Position numbers and translations under genes: made by a program
NCBI GenBank assembly: GCA_965644295.1
Contig: CBFFRP010000080.1
Location: 248,001 to 312,000, forward strand
Origin: Paraphysomonas bandaiensis
Lineage: Eukaryota > Protista > Chrysophyceae
Direction: 5' to 3'
DNA: 64,000 nucleotides
Notes under the pieces: generated by a model
Seen by the model: the letters and a program-made list of their open reading frames with translations, nothing else
The model's database searches: none
Told to the model about the DNA's origin: nothing
In this document: positions 41,201 through 52,166 of the stretch, piece after piece
Layout of the letters: every line of letters starts with the position of its first letter
Numbering within the stretch: the first letter of the stretch is position 1

Positions 41201-44200
41201 GAAGAAGTTGATGTGGCTACTATTTATGATCGCCCTGATTGCGTACAACTTGGACAATCCTTTCGTCTACTTCACAGTGTTCATGTTTCTGACTGCAAGT
41301 CCCGCGCTTTTGCAGTCATCAATGTTCCTGACAAACTAATGTGGTCAACATATCTGCTTCCACCCCCATTTATTGAGGCTATGTTTTTAGCGTCTACCTG
41401 TATACTTCCTAACTGTGTTGGTGTTGTCAGTATTGTTGATAAATGGTGGGTGAGTTGCGAGAATATACATAAGTTGTGGGCCCACGGCACTTGTTTCCTG
41501 TATATTACCTGTTCTCGTTTAGCTGATAATGATACTGTGATCAATTTTTGTCTTTTCTGTGGTAACGATATATCACTTGTATCTGCTGAATATGTAGTTT
41601 CCATGCGCCGTGATGTCGACTTAATTGTCACCGAGAAAAGGGATCATGTGTCTGTCCCATCACATCTTTACAAGAAAAATGCTACTTCTGTGACATCTAG
41701 AATATATGATATAGTTAAGAGTATGGTAGACTGCAGCGATTTTGATCGTGACGCACACTTAATGGATTTGGGATTGGACTCCCTCAGCGTTACTGAGCTA
41801 GCAACCCAGTTGTCGAATGAATTTAAATTGAAACTTTCCCCTACGTTGGTATTTAGCTATCCAACTATTGATGATATCACTGGCCACATTCTTGAATTGC
41901 TTGGTGTTTCCGACGTAAAGGAAGAGCCAGAACGTGGACTGACCAGGACATCGAACTCTCGATTTGACAGTGGCGATATGGCTATAGTTGGTGTAAGTTG
42001 TCGATTACCTGGCGATGTGAATGATTTGAATTCAATGTGGGAAATGCTCAGTGGAGGTCGTGATGCGACAAGCGTGGTGTCTCCATCTCGCTGGGATGTG
42101 GATGCATTAATTGCACGCAGTGATTTGATGGATCCGAGTGTGTTGGATCGTGTTCGTCACGGCGGTTTTTTGTCAGATGATGTTTTGGAGGGTTTTGATG
42201 CACCTTTATTTGGAATTTCTGATGCAGAAGCCTCCCATATGGACCCTACCCACCGTTTGTTATTACAATGTGCCTACGAGGCCTTATGTGATGCAGGGTA
42301 CGATATGTCGACAATGAAAGGTCAGAAGATTGGGGTATTTGTGGGGATTTCTGGTGTGGTTTCTTCCGATTTGAAATATGATTCGGCATCTCCTGTTCTC
42401 TTTAATAATTCTCTGTCGTCCGTTTACAGTGCTACGTCATCTGCTCTGTCTGTCGCGTCTGGTCGAATATCGTATACATTAGGGTTGAATGGTCCAAACA
42501 TGTCCTTTGATACTGCCTGCTCCTCATCATTGGTAGCACTGCACTGTGCTAAACGAAGTGTTCAGTTTGATGAATGTTGCACTGCTGTTGTTTTAGGAGT
42601 GAATTGTTTGTCTGAAGCAGCGTCAGCAGCATGTGCTATGGCTGGCATGACATCGCCTGATGGCAAGTGCCACACCTTTGACGAGTCAGCCAACGGGTAC
42701 TGTAGAGCTGAGGGATGTGGTGCCTTAGTGTTGAAGCGATTGAGTGATGCAGAACGAGATAATGATGGTATTTATGCAGTTGTACGAGGGTCAGCAGTGA
42801 TGCAGGACGGTAAGAGTGCTAGTTTGACAGCCCCCAATGGTCTTGCCCAGGAGCAGCTTCTTCGTGCGGCATTATCAGATGCCGGTGTGGATGCTGGTGA
42901 TGTATCTCTTATTGAGGCTCATGGGACTGGGACGAAACTAGGTGATCCTATTGAGACGGAGGCTTTATCGTCGGTATATGGTCATGGGCGAAGTGAAGAG
43001 AATACATTGTATGTTTCTGGTGTAAAAGCGAATATCGGTCACATGGAGGCAGCAGCTGGTATAGGAGGTATATTGTCAGCGATATTGGCACTTCATTATA
43101 AGCAAGCTCCTCCAAATGCCCAGCTGCGTGAGCTGAACTCGAAGGTGGCAGCATCTGTGTCAGGCAGTCCAATTTCGTTTCCCACGGAACCTACTCCATT
43201 GGTTCGACATGGGGATCGTCCTTTGTTAGCTGGAGTGAGTTCATTTGGCTTCAGTGGCACAATATCTCATGTGATATTGGAGGAAAGAGTGTGTCGTGGT
43301 CATAATTTACTCTTACGGCACAGTAAATTACCTTCTAGAGGAAATACAATGAAGCGTTATAATATTCCACGATCTGTTCGAAGTTGCTTTCAGGATGCTG
43401 CATATGAGGGGTATAGCCAAAGTGTGATATTTACGATAAGTGTTGATTGCTTAGCTCTTCGTCATTTAATGTCTGATTATGAACTTGGGTCAGAAATGGT
43501 ATTACCGATGGCAGTAATTTTCGAGATATTTAGTTCCGCTGCGAGTAGGTTGGGCGGTTTTGGCAATTATGCAAGAGGACTATCTACAAGCACCCATCTT
43601 AGTGACATTAGGGTGTTATGCCCAGTTGTTGTTGAATGGTCAGATATTCAAGGAGAAAAAATTCGCAATATCACCACACTGTGGTGCGTATGTGATAAAG
43701 ACGGTGGGTTGAGTATATACAGTGACGATGGTGGATCAAGAGTGCTACATGCGCAATGCTCGATTTGGAATAGGCAGTCGTCGAGTCAGTACAGCACGGC
43801 TTTCCCTGAAATACACTCAGCCGGCTTGCGTAATATCGATACTGCTACGGTGTACAAAAAGCACACAGAAAATGGGTTTCGGCTTGGAAGAACATACAAA
43901 CTGTTGGAGAGTATACAGGTCTCCAATTGTAGGTCCCGCGCTTTTGCAGTCATCAATGTTCCTGACAAACTAATGTGGTCAACATATCTGCTTCCACCCC
44001 CATTTATTGAGGCTATGTTTTTAGCGTCATCTGTTTTGTTCTCTGAATTTGATGGGTCAACAGGAGAAAGTATGGGCGACATGAAAGTACCTGGCGAAGT
44101 TGATAAGCTGTGGGTTATATCTGACAATATTGGTAGTTTATGGAATCAAAACTTTTGCGAGGTGTATATGGAACGTCAAAGTAATCGAAATGGTGTAGTT

Positions 44201-47200
44201 GTAAACTTCACTGTATTAAATAAAGAAGGGTCAGCTATATTGTGTGCTGAAGGCGTTGTTATGAGAAATATGGCAGAATTTAGTGGTGGTGCTCCAGACA
44301 ACACTTCCACAGCCATATTACAGAGCCAGTGGAAATTTTCTGGACCAGTTAATACTACGCCTTGCTCTATACCATCATGTTTGTTTGTTGGACCAGGTGA
44401 GACATGTACAGCAATTATAGATGTTCTAAATAGCAGCAATTTCACAATGGATATCGCTGACCATGTTAGCATCGGGCCCAATAACGTTTCTCTTATTATT
44501 CAAAACGACAAGAAGTACAATATGGCTGTTGTTGTTGTTGAAGGCATCGTTGCTTGTGATTCTATCGCAACGTCATACGACCCCATGAATGCTCTTCATT
44601 TAAAGGCTTGGCTTGAAGCTATTGAAATTTTGTGCGGAAGAACGAAGAATTTGATAGTTTTGTCTACGGTAGGAAATGAAGGCGATAACGTTTTGTACAA
44701 CACGCTAATTGGTGCAGTACGATGCGCTCAGTTAGAATATCCAGCAGTGCATATAGTGGTTATTGATATCGATTCATCGATTTCTGATGTGGAAGGCATG
44801 TGTGCTGCTTTGCAGAATGAGATATCTATAATGGATGGTGAGATGGAAGTTAAGTATCGTGATGGTGTGCGTATGGTGAAGCGCTACGAGCCATTAGATT
44901 TACCTGTTACCAATACTGGTGACAATCGCAATGTGGAGGGAGGTACATTCATCATAACCGGTGGGTTAGGTGGACTTGGACTATTGACTGCAAGGGTATT
45001 AGCTAGTCATGGTGCGTCTAGATTAGTACTTTTATCTCGATCTGGCAAGGTATCATATACCGGCCAGGGTCTGGAGTTGGAATTGGAGTGGCTTCGGGAA
45101 TCTTCTGGCAGTGAGGTTCATGTGATGTGTTGCGACGTATCTGACGAGTCTTCTGTAGTGGATATGTTGCGAGAGGTTCGTGAGATGGGTGGGGGTATTC
45201 GGGGAATCATTCATGCAGCAGGAGTACTTCGTGATGCGTTGATTCGTGGGGGTGGTGCGGCATCTGGTTGTGCTGATGTGTGGGCATCTAAGGCGCACAG
45301 TGCGTGGTTATTACACAAGCACACGTTGGAGGATACGCTTACAACATTTGTTGTATATTCATCGATTGCATCTGCTTTTGGTACTGTTGGGCAGGCCTCG
45401 TATTCGATGGCCAATGGATATCTGGATGATTTAATTTGTTTTCGAAGGCGTCATGGAATGTGTGGTGTTAGTATTCGGTGGCCGCCTGTGTCCTCTGTTG
45501 GTATGGCTGTACACGTTGGTGTGGCAACGGATGAAGCAAGTATTGATGCCGAGTATTTGCAAACGTTTGTTAGGAAGGTTCTTGATTCGAATTGTTCTCT
45601 TTCTGTTGTGACCTTATTGCCACATGGTCTTTTAGACTGGGTTGGGGAAGATCTGCGTACTCAACTTGAAGGAGTCAGCCAACCACAAGTGGTTACTAAG
45701 AAATCAGCAGCTCGAAACCCGAGCTCCAACCAAGGTATTACGAAAGAAGATGTTTTGAAAAAAGTGAGAAGCATTGTAATACAATTGGTGGAAAATTCTG
45801 ACGCCACCGACAGCAGCCAGCTCATGGACTACGGTTTAGATTCACTTGGAGTGACTGAACTTTCAACTCAATTAGCCAGTCAATTTCAAATTAAATTGCC
45901 TCCAACCTTGGTATTTAGCTATCCAACTATTGATGATATCACTGGCCACATTCTTGAATTGCTTGGTGTTTCCGACGTAAAGGAAGAGCCAGAACGTGGA
46001 CTGACCAGGACATCGAACTCTCGATTTGACAGTGGCGATATGGCTATAGTTGGTGTAAGTTGTCGATTACCTGGCGATGTGAATGATTTGAATTCAATGT
46101 GGGAAATGCTCAGTGGAGGTCGTGATGCGACAAGCGTGGTGTCTCCATCTCGCTGGGATGTGGATGCATTAATTGCACGCAGTGATTTGATGGATCCGAG
46201 TGTGTTGGATCGTGTTCGTCACGGCGGTTTTTTGTCAGATGATGTTTTGGAGGGTTTTGATGCACCTTTATTTGGAATTTCTGATGCAGAAGCCTCCCAT
46301 ATGGACCCTACCCACCGTTTGTTATTACAATGTGCCTACGAGGCCTTATGTGATGCAGGGTACGATATGTCGACAATGAAAGGTCAGAAGATTGGGGTAT
46401 TTGTGGGGGTATCTGGTTCTGTGTTCCGAGATAGCAATGGAAGTACATCCTGTGCGGTACACTCAAAACCCTCAGTGTATGATGCCACAGGATCGACTCT
46501 ATCTGTCGCAGCTGGTCGAATATCATATGTTTTGGCCTTGCAAGGTCCATGTGTTGCATTCGACACCGCTTGCTCATCTTCTCTAGTAGCATTGCACTAT
46601 GCCAAGCGAAGTATGCAGCACAGAGAGTGCGATGTGGTAATAGTTATGGGAGTCAATTTCTTGACAAAGCATTCGTCTCTGGCGTGTGCTATGGCTGGCA
46701 TGACATCGCCTGATGGCAAGTGCCACACCTTTGACGAGTCAGCCAACGGGTACTGTAGAGCTGAAGGATGTGGTGCCTTAGTGTTGAAGCGATTGAGTGA
46801 TGCTGAACGAGATAATGATGGTATTTATGCAGTTGTACGAGGGTCAGCAGTGATGCAGGACGGTAAGAGTGCTAGTTTGACAGCCCCCAATGGTCTTGCC
46901 CAGGAGCAGCTTCTTCGTGCGGCATTATCAGATGCTGGAGTGGATGCTGGTGATGTATCTCTTATTGAGGCTCACGGGACTGGGACGAAACTAGGTGATC
47001 CTATTGAGACGGAGGCTTTATCGTCGGTATATGGTCATGGGCGAAGTGAAGAGAATACATTGTATGTTTCTGGTGTAAAAGCGAATATCGGTCACATGGA
47101 GGCAGCAGCTGGTATAGGAGGTATATTGTCAGCGATATTGGCACTTCATTATAAGCAAGCTCCTCCGAATGCCCAGCTGCGTGAGCTGAACTCGAAGGTG

Positions 47201-50200
47201 GCAGCATCTGTGTCAGGCAGTCCAATTTCGTTTCCCACGGAACCTACTCCATTGGTTCGACATGGGGATCGTCCTTTGTTAGCTGGAGTGAGTTCATTTG
47301 GTTACAGCGGCACAATATCTCATGTGATATTGGAAGAAGCTCCCATCTCTCACTCCCGCTCGCCTGGTGTACTTTCTAGTAGCAAATCCTCCTCCACTGT
47401 ATTGTCGGAAACATGTATAGCGGGTATGGTGTGGCAATTTGCTGGACAGGGGACACTCAGTGTTGGCGCATTGCGCGATATGTATGAGTCGGAATCTACG
47501 TTTCGTGACGCTTTGAGTCGGTGTGATGATATTCTTCGATCTCATCTGGGTGTAGGTGCATCTGAGTTATTGTATCCTGGGATCTGTGGTAGTTTGACTG
47601 AGATTAGTGCAGCGGAGCACCTTTCGGAGACTGTGTACTCTCAGCCTATACTAGTGGCTCTTGAGTATTGTCTGAGTCAGGTGTGGTTGTCACGGGGTAT
47701 TCGCCCAGCTGCAGTGATGGGTCACAGTCTAGGAGAGTATGCAGCTGCTATTGTCAGCGGAGTTTTGTCATTGGAGGATAGTTTGCGACTGGTGTGTATA
47801 CGTGGTCGCTTGATGCAGGAGAGTGATGGATGTGTGGGTTGCATGTATGCCGTCCGAGCAACAGCTGATGAGGTAATCAGTGCAATCTCTGATTCAGGTT
47901 TGACGAACGAAGTGTCTGTGGCTGCAGTGAATGGACCTCGTAGTGTGGTAATATCCGGGTCTGTGGATGGAGTTCAGAAAGTGTTGAACAGCACTGGTTT
48001 GATGAATATGAGTCATCGTCAGTTGAATGTATCGAGGGCATTTCACTCTCCGTTGATGGCAGATATTATTTCTGCTTATGAGAAGGAGCTGTTATTAGTA
48101 CAGTTTAATCATCCGACGGTTAAGTTTGTGTCTACTGTGACAGGACATTATGCGGATGAGGAGTTAATATCATCGTCATATTGGTTGAAGCATATATTGC
48201 AGCCAGTGTTGTATGAGTCAGCAGTGGAGGTATGTTATAGTGGAGAGAGTCGTGATGGCACCTGTGTGTTTGTTGAGATGGGAGCGGATTCTACATTGAG
48301 CCGAATGGGTCAAAATATCTCTCGAAGTTCTAAAGTCCAGTGGAAATCTGGGAATGAGCCTTTTGGTTGTACTTCTGAAGAGAGTTTGATGACTGCATTC
48401 AATGTTTGTAAGAAGTCGAAGATGTATTGCAGTTATGAACGAAGCCATGCGCTCTTACAAGATACCAAAATTGATCCAATATCTGGGGATATTGTATATA
48501 CCATAGCATTACATGAGGGTATACTTTCGAGTTGGCTATCGGATCACGTATTGCATGATGCTATTGTTTTGCCTGGAGCTGCCATTGTTGAAATAATGAG
48601 TTCTGCCCTGATGTTTTGCAGCGACAACAAGCATACTGATGTCATTTCCCTAGAAGGAGTCACTGTGGTGCGCCCTGTGGTTGTGAGTAACACTAGAGAC
48701 GCTACTGGAAGGCTAAACGCAACCACACTTTGGTGTGTATGTAGCAAAGAGAATGGAATCGTCAGCATGAATTTATTCAGTATGGAAAGTGGCACTCGAG
48801 TGCTGCATGCACGGGGAACTGCTGAAACAGCAGGAAAAGGTCAACCTTTACCGCTTCAGAAGGTGCTGTTGGCGTTTGATACTTTAAAGTCGCAGTGCTC
48901 TGTTGAAATTGATGTTAACCGTGCCTACAACAATATTTCGAAGGAAGGTTTGAAATTCGGACCGAGCTTCAAAATTTTACAAAGAGCACATATTTCCAAA
49001 GACATGTCGAGTGCAATTGCTGTGTTAAATATATCGAATATATCTCTTTCTAACTACCTGCTTCCACCACCAATTATTGACGCCATGCTGCAAACAGGAT
49101 TTACTTTGTCCGTTGTTGGCAGTCATGATGAAAACAGCGAGGACACGGCACGTATTCCGTATTCTTTCGATCATGTGTGGATACTGCATGATGTTATCAA
49201 GGAAACGCGTGGTACTAGTACTTGTTTTGCCTATGTTCAAACAGTCAAAACTGATAGAAGTACAAGTATATGTAATTATGCCCTTGTTAACGAGAACGGG
49301 CACGTAATGCTGTATGCCGAAGGCGTTTATTGTAGACGTTCGAACTCCAATATTCAGCAAGGAAACGAAACGAGTTCAGTGCTACAGTATAAGTGGACTA
49401 AATCACCTGATATTTTATTGGATACGGTGGTTGATTTGGGAGGTGAAAAAAAGCTACTGCTAGTGGGAAGTGAAAGAATTTTTTCCGTATTGATGGAAAA
49501 GGAGTGGTGGAGTGGCCATGACAACACTTTCGTGGAATTATCTTCCCTCTTGCAAGAGCCTGGGAGTATTGGTAGTGCTTCATATGACAAGATATTTGTT
49601 GTAGGCGATGAGTGTTGGCCTGATACCGAATATTTCTGTCAAACTCCTATGTCTGATTGGATAAAAGTCATTGAGGTGTTGTATGGGAAAGCAGAAACAA
49701 TTTTCTTTATTTTCTCGAATACTTCAGCAGCATACAGCTCTATTCTAGGCTCAATTCGATGCGCCCAGTTGGAATATTCCGGAACGAGATCTTCTTTCAT
49801 TGTAACTGATCCATCCATACCTTATGAGCGGAGCTTGTGCTCTGCTTTGCAGAATGAGATATCTATAATGGATGGTGAGATGGAAGTTAAGTATCGTGAT
49901 GGAGTGCGTATGGTGAAGCGCTACGAGCCATTAGATTTACCTGTTACCAATACTGGTGACAATCGTAATGTGGAGGGAGGTACATTCATCATAACCGGTG
50001 GGTTAGGTGGACTTGGACTATTGACTGCAAGGGTATTAGCTAGTCATGGTGCGTCTAGATTAGTACTTTTATCTCGATCTGGCAAGGTATCATATACCGG
50101 CCAGGGTCTGGAGTTGGAATTGGAGTGGCTTCGGGAATCTTCTGGCAGTGAGGTTCATGTGATGTGTTGCGACGTATCTGACGAGTCTTCTGTAGTGGAT

Positions 50201-52166
50201 ATGTTGCGAGAGGTTCGTGAGATGGGTGGGGGTATTCGGGGAATCATTCATGCAGCAGGAGTACTTCGTGATGCGTTGATTCGTGGGGGTGGTGCGGCAT
50301 CTGGTTGTGCTGATGTGTGGGCATCTAAGGCGCACAGTGCGTGGTTATTACATAAGCACACGTTGGAGGATACGCTTACAACATTTGTTGTATATTCATC
50401 GATTGCATCCGCTATCGGAAATATTGGTCAATCTGCTTATGGTGCCGCAAATAGTTATTTGGATGGACTTGTAGAGTATCGTGTTCGTAACGGTTTACCT
50501 GGTGTTAGTATTCGGTGGCCGGCGGTAACTGGAGTTGGTATGGCGGCAGCAACGGGTGCGGACATTGCTCATTTTTCGGTAGACTTACGTTTTGTTAAGA
50601 AAATTTTGGAAAACGTTTTCAACAGTCCTTTTTGTTGCTCTGGTGTTGTGACGTTGATGCCACACTCAGTATGTTGTGCACTGGATGAACCTCTGCGGAA
50701 AGAATTTTCTGAGATTGGAATTGGGTCACGAGGAGTTTCGACCGTACCCCATGATATTTCTCCTGGGTCCTTGAATATCCATAGGTGTCCTTCGAATATG
50801 TCTGATATTACCTCCAAAGTTCGCGATTTAGTTTTATCTCTTATGGGAACTGATGACATCTCCGATGATGCTGAACTGTTGGACTTTGGGTTGGATTCGT
50901 TTGGAACAATGGAAGTATCAACCCTTCTATCTTCGGAGTTTGGCGTTCGACTTCTACCGACATTAGTTTTTACTTGTCCAACAATCAAAAAAATATCTTA
51001 TTACATATCAGAGCTCATAGGGGGTGTTGAAAACGACAACGTTGATGACATATCATCGCAACCAAACAATTCAAGACCAAGCCTTTATGCGAACCATGTC
51101 AGCGGGAAGCCGCTCGCAAGTAATTCAAGATTTTCTTGCTTCTTTAGTCCATCTTCACCAGAGTAAGCTCAACTATAATGCCGATGCGACTTATTTAATT
51201 TAGTATTCGTCATACAGTTATCGTATTGTTATATTTTCTGCAGCCGGACAGATTCCATTGGCATGGCATTATTTTGCGACATGTCTGGCCCAGCGTGGGT
51301 GTGATGTGTATGTTGTACATTTACCAGGTGCGTTTTGGATGCGTTTTGGACTTATGGTGGTAGTTTATGGCTGATGTTTTTTCAGGGCGGTTTGATAGAA
51401 TGGATGAAACTCCATTTCAGAATTTTGAGAAACTAGTAGAAGGATTGTCCGAGGTATATATTCCACTTTGTATATTTCACTGTAAATGTTTTCGTGTGTA
51501 GAGTATGAAAACATCTGGCTTCCTGAACGATATTCCCCTCGCTTTCATCGGCTACTCCTTCGGTACTTATTTAGCATACGACTGCGCTCGTTACCTTTAT
51601 GACGTCTACGGTTACAAAATCGAACATATCGTGTCGATTGCTGGAATACCAGTGTGCGATCTATTGAATTTTAATGGAATTTCGGACATGCCTGGAGAAA
51701 ATGATATCGAAAAGCTTAGAAATTTGTTTCTGACAAACCATGGACACGTTCCAGACGCCTTTAACTCTAGTTCTGCGAAAGATATTGCAGGGCCGATTTT
51801 AGAAGGTTATTACTTTGAACAGTATCAAGTATTTTTTAACAATTAGACTAGATTTCAAGCTCTCTGATGAATGGACGGAAAGTATGCTGAAGCGGGAAGC
51901 AAGTGATGATGGGGGGCCGTTGGAATGTAACTTTACGTGGATACTGGGATCTGATGATCCTAGTATCGGAAAAAACTCGACCTGGGAGGTATAACCATTG
52001 ATTTTTGTCTTATGTTGTTTAGATTTTGTTGTAGACCACTGTATCTGGCGTTTACCAAAAAATTGTATACCGTGGCGATCACTTTTTTATATTCAGTAGC
52101 GATACTGTTGATAAAGATATTGCAGAAGAATGCATCAATTGTATTACGCGTTGCAAACGTGTTTAG
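13361..52166 (+). CDS. Giant modular type I polyketide synthase: GNAT-ACP, 8 extension modules, TE (~12,850 aa from ATG 13361; exons 13361-51162, 51218-51327, 51386-51453, 51502-51805, 51852-51988, 52035-52166)
   Basis: 12,601-aa ORF with 8 KS (DTACSS, EAHGTGT, NIGH), 6 AT (GHSLG, RAFHS), 8 DH-like folds, 7 KR (TGGLGGLG, YxxAN) and 9 ACP (DSL/DSF). The stop at 51164-66 overlaps donor GTAAGC. Five GT-AG introns restore a continuous frame ending TAG at 52164-66. Confidence 0.97.
14252..19095 (+). other. PKS module 1: KS-AT-DH(degenerate)-KR-ACP
   Basis: KS C-H-H intact; AT GHSLG/RAFHS. DH region has HIKEGAKCFR (no Pro) and HPVIFEAAF (Asp to Glu). KR LRD / YGAAN; ACP GLDSL. Confidence 0.88.
19163..24162 (+). 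other. PKS module 2: KS-AT-DH-KR-ACP
   Basis: DH with intact HVVRGDIVLP and DAVLQ; other catalytic motifs intact. Confidence 0.92.
24230..29214 (+). other. PKS module 3: KS-AT-DH-KR-ACP
   Basis: Near-copy of module 2 at a 5067-bp offset. Differs in the KS active-site segment and the KR structural subdomain. Confidence 0.92.
29282..33228 (+). other. PKS module 4: KS-DH(inactive)-KR-ACP, no AT
   Basis: HVILEEPG is followed within ~30 aa by YHPLL (DH start). No GHSxG. DH lacks His and has FIEAMF. Confidence 0.9.
33296..38277 (+). other. PKS module 5: KS-AT-DH(inactive)-KR-ACP
   Basis: DH motif DYKQGDNVVVP (His to Tyr) and FIEAMF (Asp to Glu). Confidence 0.9.
38345..41905 (+). other. PKS module 6: KS-AT-DH(inactive)-ACP, no KR
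   Basis: Copy of module 5 at a 5049-bp offset up to ~41390, then runs directly into ACP (LGLDSL) with no TGGLGGLG. Confidence 0.9.
41972..45965 (+). other. PKS module 7: KS-DH(inactive)-KR-ACP, no AT
   Basis: HVILEERV with no AT following. DH DYELGSEMVLP (His to Tyr). KR has a divergent catalytic loop, SAFGTVGQASYSMAN. Confidence 0.9.
46034..51020 (+). other. PKS module 8: KS-AT-DH-KR-ACP
   Basis: DH with HVLHDAIVLP and DAMLQ (both catalytic residues present); ACP FGLDSF. Confidence 0.9.
51163..52034 (+). other. Five short spliceosomal introns: 51163-51217, 51328-51385, 51454-51501, 51806-51851, 51989-52034
   Basis: All GT...AG, 46-58 nt. Phases 2,1,0,1,0 are mutually consistent and join TE motifs (e.g. 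LP-G-RFDR across the second intron). Confidence 0.85.
51218..52166 (+). other. PKS C-terminal thioesterase, encoded on five small exons
   Basis: Spliced translation: YRIVIFSAAGQIPLAW...VVHLPGRFDRMDETPF...FIGYSFG...ILGSDDP...YRGDHFF. Contains GxSxG and GxHFF, GrsT/TEII-like. Confidence 0.9.

Noticed and set aside
13793-50988. Dozens of short antisense and alternate-frame ORFs recurring within the PKS
   Set aside because: They are shadows of the repeated PKS DNA blocks and show no independent motifs.
51505-51846. Stand-alone 113-aa thioesterase ORF
   Set aside because: It lacks the catalytic His and the N-terminal strands; it is an internal exon of the spliced PKS TE.
13361-52166. Fatty acid synthase / PUFA synthase or chlorosulfolipid backbone assignment
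   Set aside because: No ER domain, no tandem ACPs or chain-length factor, and most DHs lack catalytic residues, so a saturated or PUFA chain is not predicted.
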